DNA of 64,000 bases. Source: an uncultured Acidobacteriota bacterium. GTDB lineage: Bacteria; Acidobacteriota; Polarisedimenticolia; Polarisedimenticolales; DASRJG01. A model generated the notes under the pieces. That model searched no databases and was not told the DNA's origin. It saw nothing but the letters and a program-made list of their open reading frames with translations. Shown piece after piece: positions 1-8,579 of this stretch. The stretch is from positions 2,707 to 66,706 of the forward strand of contig CAYLHQ010000023.1 of assembly GCA_964383585.1 (NCBI GenBank). The letters are read 5' to 3'. Within the stretch, counting starts at the first letter, position 1, and the number at the start of each line of letters is the position of its first letter. The translations under genes and the position numbers were made by a program.

Positions 1-1431
1 CGCGGGATCGAACGCGAGCGCGAGCAGCCGCTTGCCCGAAGCGATCAACAACTCGTCGTCGCCGTCGCCGTCGAGGTCCCCCGCCTCGAGGTCGAACACC
101 CCCTCGACCGTCGCCGACCAGCGCACCTTTCCGCCCGCGTCGTAGACGACCACCCGGTCGGGGGCGACGGCGAGAGCGATCCCCCGCTCGCTCGCACCGA
201 AGAACGCTCCCTCGACCGCGTCGACCGCCGGAGCGTCGTAGACCCCGAACGCCCCTCTCGCCCCCCCCACGAGTCCGACGACCCGCGCGGGCTGCGCCGG
301 GAGGATCGCGTTCCCCTCCCTCGAGAGTTTCCGCAGTCCCCCCGACTCGTCGAGGACGAGGAGGCTGTCTCCGCTCGAAAGGACGCGGCGAACGACGAAC
401 GGCTCTCCCAGCCGCTTCGGCGCGGAGCCGTCCGCCTCGCTTCGATAGACCCCGACGGGGGTTCCCCACGCGAGGCCTCCCCCCTCGGTCTCGGCAAGGT
501 CGAAGACCGCCGCGGGGGCGAGGATCGCACGCACCTGCTCCGTCTCGGGACGGATCTCGACCGCCTTGTCCCCTCCCGCCCGCCACGCGAGCAGGCGGGG
601 AGCGCGGTCGGAGGCGGGAGACGCCGTCTCGATGCGATGGACCTCCGGCGGAACGCGGAGGCGCGTCACGCGCCGCCCCTCACCGTCGAGGATCGAAAGG
701 GACGCCGACGAGGCGACCGCGGCGCGGGGCTCCCCGCGCGCCGTCCGGTAGAAGGCCACCCCTGCCGCGGGATCGGGGAGGTCGGAGGCCCAGAGGACGC
801 GGACCGACTCCCCGCCCGGATCGGTCCGGGCGATTTCGCGCGGGGCCGCTTCGGGATCGTCGCCGAGGAGCGCGTCGACGCGCGCGGCGATCGCCGTTTC
901 GAGCCCCGGCTCGTAGCCGTCCCAGCGGGCGCGGAGCCGCCCCTCGCGATCGAGGAGGACGACGGTCGGAAGCGTCCGAGCCGCGAACCGCGCCTCCATC
1001 TCCGGGGTGTAGCGGCCGATCGGAAGGGTCAGTCCGAGTCGCTTCGCGGTGCGGAGGGCGAGGTAGTCGGGCTCCTCCGCGTTGACCGCGATCGCTTCGA
1101 GGCCGCGCGTGTGGCGGCTCTTCCAGAGAGTCTCGAGATGCGGAAGCTCGCGAAGGCACGGCTCGCACCACGACGCCCAGAAGTCGAGGAGGACGACCTT
1201 GCCGCGGGCCGACGCGCTGTCGAAGCGCCCTCCGTCGAGGAGGGGAACCGCGAACGCGGGAACCGCGGGGAAGGCGGGGGCGTGGAGGAGCGGGGCCGGC
1301 ACGGCCGATCGTTCCGGGATCGTCGCGCTCCAGACCGGCGTCACGCCGGAGTCGCCGTACCACCGGACTTCGGCGGCGGCGGGACCGAAGGAGGCGAGGA
1401 GAAGGAGCGCGTGGAGAATCGTCCGCACCAT
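1..1431 (-). CDS. TlpA-family thiol-disulfide oxidoreductase (redoxin) with a long C-terminal extension; 3' end runs off the window
   Basis: Translated by hand (not in the ORF track). ATG at 1431, signal-like MVRTILHALLLLASFGPAAA, then KVVLLDFWASWCEPCLRELP (thioredoxin WCxxC) in the same frame. Confidence 0.85.
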   Translation of the reverse strand, partial: MVRTILHALLLLASFGPAAAEVRWYGDSGVTPVWSATIPERSAVPAPLLHAPAFPAVPAFAVPLLDGGRFDSASARGKVVLLDFWASWCEPCLRELPHLETLWKSRHTRGLEAIAVNAEEPDYLALRTAKRLGLTLPIGRYTPEMEARFAARTLPTVVLLDREGRLRARWDGYEPGLETAIAARVDALLGDDPEAAPREIARTDPGGESVRVLWASDLPDPAAGVAFYRTARGEPRAAVASSASLSILDGEGRRVTRLRVPPEVHRIETASPASDRAPRLLAWRAGGDKAVEIRPETEQVRAILAPAAVFDLAETEGGGLAWGTPVGVYRSEADGSAPKRLGEPFVVRRVLSSGDSLLVLDESGGLRKLSREGNAILPAQPARVVGLVGGARGAFGVYDAPAVDAVEGAFFGASERGIALAVAPDRVVVYDAGGKVRWSATVEGVFDLEAGDLDGDGDDELLIASGKRLLALAFDPA

Positions 1432-1624
1432 CGGAGCGAGTCTACTGGCAGGCGGAGGCGGCCGCACTCCGAGGCGTTGTCACCGCAGCATAAACGGGTT
1501 AGAGTATCGGAGGCCGAGCGATCGGCCGTGCCCTCCCGGGGATGCGGACCCCGGGTCGTCTTCCCCCACGGACGGCCCCCCCCACCCCGGAAGGGCACGT
1601 CTTTCGGGGATGCGCGAGTCTGGC

Positions 1625-1807
1625 CTAGGCGCTCAGATTCTGCGCCCGCCATGTCGTGTAGATCGCGAACGCCTTCGAGGTCTCGATCTCGACGAAGCTC
1701 CGGTAGACCTTCCGGCGTTCGGGGTCGATCTGGTAGGTCCGGTCCTGGAACTCGTACTGGACGACACGGACCTTGGGAGCGGGCCTGGGAGAGGACTTGC
1801 GCGCCAC
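1625..1807 (-). CDS. Small hypothetical protein (60 aa)
   Basis: GTG start 6 nt after GGAGG. Composition is protein-like rather than Arg/Pro shadow-like (VRVVQYEFQDRTYQIDPERRKVYRSFVEIE). Confidence 0.7.
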   Translation of the reverse strand: MARKSSPRPAPKVRVVQYEFQDRTYQIDPERRKVYRSFVEIETSKAFAIYTTWRAQNLSA

Positions 1808-1854
1808 GAGAACCCTCCGCCGATCGTGAACCTGTGTCGGCAGTCACGGAATTG

Positions 1855-1870
1855 TTCAAATTCCGCGCCA
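1855..1870 (-). promoter_or_regulatory. Possible sigma-54 (-24/-12) promoter for the 60-aa gene
   Basis: Minus strand reads TGGCGCGGAATTTGAA, i.e. GG-N10-GA. The -12 C deviates from the consensus TGGCAC-N5-TTGC. Confidence 0.35.
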
Positions 1871-1972
1871 GAAACCCTACCCTTGGGCCCACACCCCCGA
1901 AACCCGCGCCACACGTGAGATAGGACGGACCCGATGAATCGCCGCACGGGCTGCCGCGGCGATCGAGTCGGC

Positions 1973-2011
1973 CACGTTGACCGACATGTCCCGGGTAAGT
2001 CGGTCAATGTG
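1973..2011. promoter_or_regulatory. 13-bp inverted repeat, candidate activator binding site (UAS)
   Basis: cacgttgaccgac-N13-gtcggtcaatgtg (1 mismatch), in the divergent intergenic region upstream of the sigma-54 activator. Confidence 0.4.
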
Positions 2012-2045
2012 GCGTCTCGGATGTCCCGCATCCTTATAATAGGCC

Positions 2046-3449
2046 GTGCCCTCCGCCGCCCCCGAATCGAGACGGGTGCTGGTCCTCGTCGAGCAGACCG
2101 AGACCCGGCAGCGCCTCGGCACTCTCTTGGCCCGGGTCGGTTTCGCCGCGACCCTCGTGGGGGACGAGACGCAGGGGGCGCGCGCCCTGTCCCGCGAAGA
2201 GCACGATGCCGCGATCGTCGATCTCGACCACGCCCGTCCCGGCGGTCTTGCGGCGCGCCTCCGGCGACAGACTCCCCCGATCCCGGTGCTCGCCCTCGCC
2301 GACCCCGCCCGGTTGAGGGAGGCGGTCGCGGCCCTCCGGGACGCCGCCGACGATTACCTCCTCGCCCCCCCCGATGCGGTCGAACTGCGGACACGCCTCG
2401 GCCGGCTCCTCGACCATCACGATCTCGGTTCGCGGCTCGCCCTCCTCCAGGACGAAGTCTCGAGGAACTTCGGGTACAAAAGCCTCGTCAGCCACTCTCC
2501 CGCGATGCGCGACGTCGTGCAGCGCATCGCGCGGGTCGCCCCGATGCGGGCGACGGTCCTGATCACCGGCGAAAGCGGGGTCGGGAAGGAGCTCGTCGCG
2601 CGCGCGATCCACTTCAACTCGCCCCGGAGGGACTTCCCCTTCGTCGCGATCAACTGCGCCGCCATCCCGACCAGCCTGATCGAGTCGGAACTGTTCGGCC
2701 ACGAGAAGGGGGCCTTCACCGGCGCCCACGCCCGCAACCGGGGGAAGTTCGAGATCGCGAACCGCGGCACCCTCTTCCTCGACGAGATCGGCGAGACCGA
2801 CCTCGCGACCCAGGTCAAGCTCCTCCGGGTCCTCGAGGAGCGGGAGTTCATGCGGGTCGGCGGCGATCGGTCGATCCGGGTCGACGTCCGCGTGATCGCC
2901 GCGACCAACGCGGATCTCGAGACCCTCGTCCACGTCGGCGCTTTCCGCCGCGACCTCTACTACCGCCTCAAGGTCGTGACGATCGCGGTCCCGCCGCTCC
3001 GCGAGCGGCGCAGGGACATCCGGTCGCTCGTCGAAGGGTTCCTGCAGGAGCTCTCCCGCTCGAACGCGGTCCCGATCCGGACGATCACCGCGGACGCCGT
3101 GGAGGCGCTCGAGGGATACCGCTGGCCGGGGAACGTCCGCGAGCTGAAGAACGTCTTGGAGAGCCTCCTGGTCTCGAGCCCCGGGGAGGTGATCCGCCGG
3201 GAGGACCTCCCCCCCTCGATCCAGCGGGAAGGGGCGGGACCGGAGCGCCTCGAGATCCGCCCCGGGATGACGATCGACGAGCTCGAGGCGGCGCTCATCC
3301 GCCGCACCCTCGAGGAGACGGGAGGGAACCGTACTCGCAGCGCGGCGATGCTCGGGATCGGGGTTCGCACCCTCCAGCGGCGGATCCGCGAGCTCGAGAT
3401 CCGGATCCCCCCGACGCGCCGCAGCAGCCGGCGGCGGGCCCTTCCGTGA
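2046..3449 (+). CDS. Sigma-54-dependent transcriptional activator (NtrC family): atypical receiver, AAA+, Fis-type HTH
   Basis: GESGVGKE Walker A, GAFTGA loop, LFLDEIG, WPGNVREL, C-terminal GNRTRSAAMLGIGVRTL HTH. Confidence 0.95.
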   Translation: MPSAAPESRRVLVLVEQTETRQRLGTLLARVGFAATLVGDETQGARALSREEHDAAIVDLDHARPGGLAARLRRQTPPIPVLALADPARLREAVAALRDAADDYLLAPPDAVELRTRLGRLLDHHDLGSRLALLQDEVSRNFGYKSLVSHSPAMRDVVQRIARVAPMRATVLITGESGVGKELVARAIHFNSPRRDFPFVAINCAAIPTSLIESELFGHEKGAFTGAHARNRGKFEIANRGTLFLDEIGETDLATQVKLLRVLEEREFMRVGGDRSIRVDVRVIAATNADLETLVHVGAFRRDLYYRLKVVTIAVPPLRERRRDIRSLVEGFLQELSRSNAVPIRTITADAVEALEGYRWPGNVRELKNVLESLLVSSPGEVIRREDLPPSIQREGAGPERLEIRPGMTIDELEAALIRRTLEETGGNRTRSAAMLGIGVRTLQRRIRELEIRIPPTRRSSRRRALP

Positions 3450-4402
3450 AAGCGCTCGTCTTCGAGGACGGGAAGCCGCGCGTTCTCCTGCGCCCCGACC
3501 CCGATCCGCCGGAAGGGGAAGCGGTCGTGCGCGTCCACCTCGCCGGGATCTGCGGAACCGATCTCGAGATCGCGCGGGGGTACATGGCCTTCGACGGCAT
3601 CCCCGGCCACGAGTTCGTCGGCGTGGTCGAGCGGAGCGCCGACCCCGCGCTCGCGGGGCGCCGGGTCGTCGGGGAGATCAACGCCGCGTGCGGCGCCTGC
3701 CTCACCTGCCGCGCGGGACGCCCGCGCCACTGCCCGAACCGCACGGTGCTCGGAATCGCGGGGCGGGACGGCGCCTTCGCCGAGCGGCTCGCCCTCCCCG
3801 AGCGGAATCTCCACCTCGTCCCCGACGCGCTCCCCGACGCCGCGGCGGTCTTCACCGAACCGATGGCGGCCGCCTGCGAGATCGCCGAGCAGATCCCGGA
3901 TCTCGCCGGCGCGCGCGCGGCGATCGTCGGAGACGGGAGGCTCGCGCGCCTCTGCGCCCGGTTGCTCGCCCGGGAGGGTGCGCCCCCGGAGGTCTGGGGG
4001 AAGTACGAGGAGAAGCTCGTTCGTTTCGAACGGGACGGCCTTCGCACCCATCGGGAAGGCGCGGGAACGGACCGCACGTTCGACGTCGTGGTGGAAGCGA
4101 GCGGCTCTCCCGAAGGGTTCGACCTCGCCCTGCGTCTCGTGCGGCCGTGCGGCACCGTCGTCCTCAAGAGCACCTACCACGGCGCGGCGCCGATCGCGCT
4201 GGCTCCCGTCGTGGTCGACGAGATCCGCGTCGTCGGCTCGCGGTGCGGACCCTTCCCCCCCGCGCTCGCGCGGATCGGAGACGATCCGTCGTTCTTCACG
4301 TCGCTCGTCTCCGACGTGCTGCCCCTCGAGGAGGCGCGGGAGGCCTTCCGGAGGGCGTCGAGCCCCGACGCGTCGAAGGTCCTCTTCGACCTCCGCGCGT
4401 GA
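3446..4402 (+). CDS. Zinc-dependent alcohol dehydrogenase (MDR family)
   Basis: GTG start overlaps the upstream TGA. GICGTD, GHEFVG and CGACLTCRAGRPRHC zinc motifs. Confidence 0.92.
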   Translation: MKALVFEDGKPRVLLRPDPDPPEGEAVVRVHLAGICGTDLEIARGYMAFDGIPGHEFVGVVERSADPALAGRRVVGEINAACGACLTCRAGRPRHCPNRTVLGIAGRDGAFAERLALPERNLHLVPDALPDAAAVFTEPMAAACEIAEQIPDLAGARAAIVGDGRLARLCARLLAREGAPPEVWGKYEEKLVRFERDGLRTHREGAGTDRTFDVVVEASGSPEGFDLALRLVRPCGTVVLKSTYHGAAPIALAPVVVDEIRVVGSRCGPFPPALARIGDDPSFFTSLVSDVLPLEEAREAFRRASSPDASKVLFDLRA

Positions 4403-4409
4403 TTTCGTC

Positions 4410-4439
4410 TTGACATCGAAAAATCGCCTTCCCTATATT
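4410..4439 (+). promoter_or_regulatory. Sigma-70-type promoter of Lys-rich microprotein 1
   Basis: TTGACA (4410-4415), 18-bp spacer, TATATT (4434-4439). Confidence 0.75.
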
Positions 4440-4499
4440 CCGCGGTGACGCATCGCCGTGCGATCGTCGAACGCGATTCGCCGGAAGGAGGTGATCGAC

Positions 4500-4562
4500 A
4501 TGGCGACGAAGAAGAAGGCCGCGAAGAAGAAGGCCACCAAGAAGAAGGCCGCCAAGAAGTAA
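4500..4562 (+). CDS. Lys/Ala-rich microprotein 1 (20 aa, MATKKKAAKKKATKKKAAKK)
   Basis: SD AAGGAGGTG just upstream, ATG...TAA, own promoter and terminator, paralog at 35523-35600. Confidence 0.8.
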   Translation: MATKKKAAKKKATKKKAAKK

Positions 4563-4588
4563 GTCGGCGACCGCAAGGTCGAAACCGA

Positions 4589-6208
4589 TCAAGAGAGATC
4601 AGGGGACGCCCGGAGGGGCGTCCCCCTTTTTTTGTCCATCCGATCGAGGATCGCCTCGAACCGCTCCCCCGCGATCGCCGCGCGCAACCGCGTCCACCGG
4701 CCGGAATACCGCCTGCGAAGCGATTCCGCCTCCGCCTCGAGGCGTTCGAGTCTCGCCTCCGCGCCCGCCCTCGCCCGTTCGGACAGGACCGTTCCGTGCT
4801 TCGCGAGGAACTTCCGGATCTCGTCGGAGGCCACGATCGTGTCCTGGTGGGCGCCGAGATGGTCCTGGAGCGCCGTGAGGCGCCGCACCAGCTCGCGGAC
4901 CCCCTCTCCTCCCAACTCGTCGTGGAACTCGAGGACGTAACGCAGCCGCTTCGCCCGGATCCGCGTGCGGTGGAGCCGCTCCGCCTCCGGGCGCGCGAGC
5001 GCGGCGTCGCCGTCGCGGACAAGTCGGTCCCGCGCGGCACGAGCTTCGGCGGCGACGTGGGAACCGACCGGGTGGAGCGCCGCCTCGGGGAGCGCCTCGA
5101 TCGACCATCCGCGGCAGACGGCGTCGAGAGTCGACAAGAGCCGCAGGTACCTCCCGGAGCGGAGTGCCTCGAGGAGCCGTTCGCGGGCCTCGTCGCGGCG
5201 GCGCTTCAGGTGCGCGAGGAAGGCAGGGAGCGTCCCCGAACCCTCGAAGCGCTCGAGGAGGACGTCGACGTCGCGGACCGCGCCGAGCCGACGCCCCAGC
5301 CAGCGCAGGTCGCGTGCGAGGGCGTCGTGGAGTTCCGGGGTCAGCGCGGGGCGATAGCTGCGGAGCGCCGCCCGGAGGCGCCGCGTCGCCACCCGCATGT
5401 CGTGAAGGTCCTCGGGGTCGCTCCCCTCGCGCGTTCCGGGGTCGTGGCGGCGGAGGCGCTGGAGCTGCCCCGAGAAGACGCGGCGCGCCGAGGTCCGCAA
5501 GGAATCCTCGGGACGGGGCTTCCCCGAGGGGACCTCGGCGAACTCGGCGTCCCCGTGGAGGGCGCGGAGGATCCGCTCGGAGTCTCCCCGCGTCGTCGCC
5601 CGGAGGGAGAACTCCCGTTCGAGACGACGGGCCGCCTCGGCCAGCGCCTCGTCGCGCAGGGTCGCCGACCGAAGCCGGACGACGTGCAGCCGGTGCGGCT
5701 CGTTCGACATCCCCCACCCCTCGACCGTCCAACTCTCGACGGCGAGCCTCCCGGCGAGGCGCCCCTCTCCCCGCACGCGGCCGAGGTCGAGATGCCGGAT
5801 CGACACCGACGCCGACGCCACCGGCTCGAGGGGGCGTCCGGCCGCGAGCGGAAGGAGCCGTTCCCGCAGCGGTCCCTCGGGGATCGGAGGAGGCCCCGCG
5901 AACCGTGCCGGGAGCGGGGCCGAATGCACGTATTCGCGGAGGACGGGGGGCGACGCGGTTTCGCTCCAGGCGAGGACCGCCTCGCGGCGACCGGTCGAAC
6001 GCCTTACGCCCAGCGAAAACCCGTTCCGCGCGAGGGAGCGGAGGTCGGTGTCGTGGAAGGTCCACTGCTCCCGGGCCGCCGCCCGCGGGAGCGCTCGGTA
6101 GCCGGCGATGGACGGGGCGCGAACGATCTCGGCGAGCGTCCTTCCGTCGGGGGCCTCGAGCACCACGCATCCCTCGCGCCCTCCCGCCCGGCGTCCCTTG
6201 CGGCTCAC
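4589..6208 (-). CDS. CYTH-like plus CHAD domain protein (polyphosphate-associated)
   Basis: CHAD motifs EDLHDMRVATRRLRAAL, LHRTRIRAKRLRYVLE and LQDHLGAHQD. N-terminal CYTH-like region (DTDLRSLARNGFSLGVR). Coupled to ppx. Confidence 0.88.
   Translation of the reverse strand: MSRKGRRAGGREGCVVLEAPDGRTLAEIVRAPSIAGYRALPRAAAREQWTFHDTDLRSLARNGFSLGVRRSTGRREAVLAWSETASPPVLREYVHSAPLPARFAGPPPIPEGPLRERLLPLAAGRPLEPVASASVSIRHLDLGRVRGEGRLAGRLAVESWTVEGWGMSNEPHRLHVVRLRSATLRDEALAEAARRLEREFSLRATTRGDSERILRALHGDAEFAEVPSGKPRPEDSLRTSARRVFSGQLQRLRRHDPGTREGSDPEDLHDMRVATRRLRAALRSYRPALTPELHDALARDLRWLGRRLGAVRDVDVLLERFEGSGTLPAFLAHLKRRRDEARERLLEALRSGRYLRLLSTLDAVCRGWSIEALPEAALHPVGSHVAAEARAARDRLVRDGDAALARPEAERLHRTRIRAKRLRYVLEFHDELGGEGVRELVRRLTALQDHLGAHQDTIVASDEIRKFLAKHGTVLSERARAGAEARLERLEAEAESLRRRYSGRWTRLRAAIAGERFEAILDRMDKKRGTPLRASPDLS
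4602..4633 (+). terminator. Rho-independent terminator
   Basis: ggggacgccc-ggag-gggcgtcccc followed by a T tract. Confidence 0.85.
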
Positions 6209-7755
6209 CGCGACCCTCCGACGCGGATCCGCACGGGAACTCCGAGGAGCGCTTCGAGCAGCTCGGTCCGGCGCCCGGCCTCCCAGACCTCGAGCTGGGC
6301 ATCGAGACCGCCGGTCGCGAGCTCGAGGACGAGGCGCTCGCCGCGGCTTCGGACCGTGACGTCCGAAACGACCCCGTACTGCGATCGGTCGAGCCCCTCG
6401 GCGAGCCTCAGGATCGACGCGAGGGCGCGCACCGTCTCCCGGCGCCTGCGGGAGAGCGGAACCGCGTCGCCGGCGCCGTTCTTCGGCTGCCCCTTACGGT
6501 TGTGCAGGCGGGCCACCTGTCCGATCACTTCGATCTCCTCGCGGGTGAATCCCAGGAGATCTCCGTGGACGATCAGGTAATACGAGTGGAGGTGGTGGTT
6601 CTCGTGGGAGATCGCGTGTCCGACGTCATGGAGGAGGGCGGCGTACTCGAGGAGGGCCCGGTCCGCGGGTTCGAGGCGGAGCCGCTCTCGGAGCTGGTCG
6701 AAGAGGCGGAGCGCGAGACGGGCGACCTGGTGGTGGTGGTTCCCGGTGTAGCCGAGCCTCCGGAGGAGGCGCATGACGCTCCGCTTCCGGACGTCCGCGA
6801 ACTTGGCGCTCTCCTCGATCCCCTTCGTGTGGCGGGCGACCCAGTCCATGAGGAGGCCCTCGCGCAGGGCCCACGTGCAGGCGGTGACCCGCTCGGCGCG
6901 GAGCAGGCGGAGGACCCGCTCGGCGAGGGCCGACCCCGCGAGCACGAGATCGACCCGCTTCTGGTCGATCCCCTTCATGCGGAGGCGCTTTTCGCGGTCC
7001 GAACGCTTGAGCGCCTCGTGCAGGTCGAGGAGTCCCTCGGCGGGAACGGCGAGGTTGTGGACGTAGTTTCCGCCGGGGTGGAGGCCCAGACGGTGGGCCG
7101 CCATCGCGATCAGCGAGAGCATCGTGCCCGAGGTCCCGACGACCCGGACGATCCCCCGGTCGGCGAGCGGCTCGAGGACCGGGCGGAGCTGCTCGTCGAG
7201 GTGGGCGCGCAGCCGTTTGAACGCCCGCTCCGTCGGAGGATCGGCGTCGAGGTACGCCTCGCTGAGCCGGGCCACCCCGAGCTTCAGGCTGTGCATCGCG
7301 GTGGGCTGCCCCCCCTCGACCGCGATCACCTCGACGCTCCCTCCCCCCGCGTCGACGATCAGGACCGGCTCGCTTCGGAGGTCGAGAGAGTTCGCGACAC
7401 CGAGCCAGACGAGACGCGCCTCCTCGCGGCCGGGGATGACCCGGACCCGGAGGCCGACTTCGTCCTTGACCCGCTGGAGGAAATCGCCGCCGTTCCGGGC
7501 CTCCCGCACGGCGCTCGTCGCAACCGTCCGGAATCGCGTGACCCCCTGCCGCTCGGCGAGGGTGCGGAAAGCGGCGAGGGTGCGCACCCCCTGGTCCATC
7601 GCGGCGCGGGTGAGGTTTCCCGTGGTGAGGGAGCGGCGGCCGAGCCTCACCATCTCCTTCGCGCGGTCCAAGACGCGGAAGTGCCCTTCCGGCTCGACCT
7701 CGGCGACGAGCATGTGGATCGAGTTGCTTCCGACGTCGATCGCCGCGATTCGCAT
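6205..7755 (-). CDS. ppx: Ppx/GppA family exopolyphosphatase with HD domain
   Basis: IAAIDVGSNS, ATSAVREARNG, GREEARL, DAGGGSVE, LREG and C-terminal LLHDVG. Confidence 0.93.
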   Translation of the reverse strand: MRIAAIDVGSNSIHMLVAEVEPEGHFRVLDRAKEMVRLGRRSLTTGNLTRAAMDQGVRTLAAFRTLAERQGVTRFRTVATSAVREARNGGDFLQRVKDEVGLRVRVIPGREEARLVWLGVANSLDLRSEPVLIVDAGGGSVEVIAVEGGQPTAMHSLKLGVARLSEAYLDADPPTERAFKRLRAHLDEQLRPVLEPLADRGIVRVVGTSGTMLSLIAMAAHRLGLHPGGNYVHNLAVPAEGLLDLHEALKRSDREKRLRMKGIDQKRVDLVLAGSALAERVLRLLRAERVTACTWALREGLLMDWVARHTKGIEESAKFADVRKRSVMRLLRRLGYTGNHHHQVARLALRLFDQLRERLRLEPADRALLEYAALLHDVGHAISHENHHLHSYYLIVHGDLLGFTREEIEVIGQVARLHNRKGQPKNGAGDAVPLSRRRRETVRALASILRLAEGLDRSQYGVVSDVTVRSRGERLVLELATGGLDAQLEVWEAGRRTELLEALLGVPVRIRVGGSR

Positions 7756-7782
7756 GAACGGTACCCGCTCGGGCCCGACATC

Positions 7783-8481
7783 TTACTCTCTCGCGGGATC
7801 CTCGATCCGGTACCCGACCCCGCGGACGGTCCCGAGCCACTGGGCGGCCGGTCCGAGCTTGCTCCTCAACCTTCGCATGTGAGTGTCGACCGTGCGGGAA
7901 AGGACGTCGCTGTCGTACCCCCAAACTTCCGACAGGAGCGCCTCGCGGGATCGGACCCTCCCGCGCGCTCGCACGAGGTCGGCGAGGAGGCGGAACTCGG
8001 TGATCGTGAGGGCGACCGGCTCTTTCTGGACGGTCGCGCGATGGGTGTCGAGATCGAGCTCGATGGGCCCGAAGCGCAGGACACGGGTCTCGGGCGCCTC
8101 CTCGACCGATCCGGACCGCTTGAGGACGGCCCGGACGCGAAGGACGACCTCGCGCGCGCTGAACGGCTTGGTCACGTAATCGTCGGCACCGAACTCGAAG
8201 CCGAGGACCCGGTCGATCTCCTCCCCCTTCGCCGTGAGGAGCAGGACGGGGACCGCCCGGGTCTCCTCCGCGCTCTTGAGGAGCTTCAGGACCTCGAGGC
8301 CCTGGATCTCGGGGAGCATGAGGTCGAGGATGACGAGATCGGGACGGTCCTTGCGGACGGCGTCGAGGGCCGACTTGCCGTCGTACGCGGAGACGACGTT
8401 CCACCCCTCGCGGCGGAAGACGTGCCCGAGGATCTCGACGATGTCCTTCTCGTCGTCGACGACCAGGATCTTGGGCGGCAT
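7783..8481 (-). CDS. OmpR/PhoB-family response regulator (no adjacent kinase)
   Basis: ILVVDDE, ILDLMLP, GADDYVTKPFS, winged helix SRTVDTHMRRLRSKL and TVRGVGY. Start set at ATG 8481. Confidence 0.93.
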   Translation of the reverse strand: MPPKILVVDDEKDIVEILGHVFRREGWNVVSAYDGKSALDAVRKDRPDLVILDLMLPEIQGLEVLKLLKSAEETRAVPVLLLTAKGEEIDRVLGFEFGADDYVTKPFSAREVVLRVRAVLKRSGSVEEAPETRVLRFGPIELDLDTHRATVQKEPVALTITEFRLLADLVRARGRVRSREALLSEVWGYDSDVLSRTVDTHMRRLRSKLGPAAQWLGTVRGVGYRIEDPARE

Positions 8482-8538
8482 CTCCGGGCTCCACGTGCGT
8501 CGTGAAGCGGCAGCATACGGAGCCGGTTCCGGCTCGGC

Positions 8539-8566
8539 GTTACGCGGGCGTAAAGTCACTGTAACT
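8539..8566. promoter_or_regulatory. Pho-box-like 11-bp direct repeats
   Basis: GTTAC (8539), GTAAA (8550), GTAAC (8561): exact 11-bp period upstream of the PhoB-like/ppx/CHAD unit. Confidence 0.5.
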
Positions 8567-8579
8567 TGCCTCCCCCCAT

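Noticed and set aside
1934-3445. 822-aa fusion ending in the alcohol dehydrogenase
   Set aside because: The N-terminal part is an off-frame overlap of the sigma-54 activator. The dehydrogenase starts at GTG 3446.
5164-8505. 1113-aa plus-strand ORF and similar long ORFs (14029-17727, 18310-22158, 32336-34981, 60774-63116)
   Set aside because: These are antisense or off-frame shadows of well-supported genes in 70% GC DNA, Arg/Pro/Gly-rich and without family motifs.
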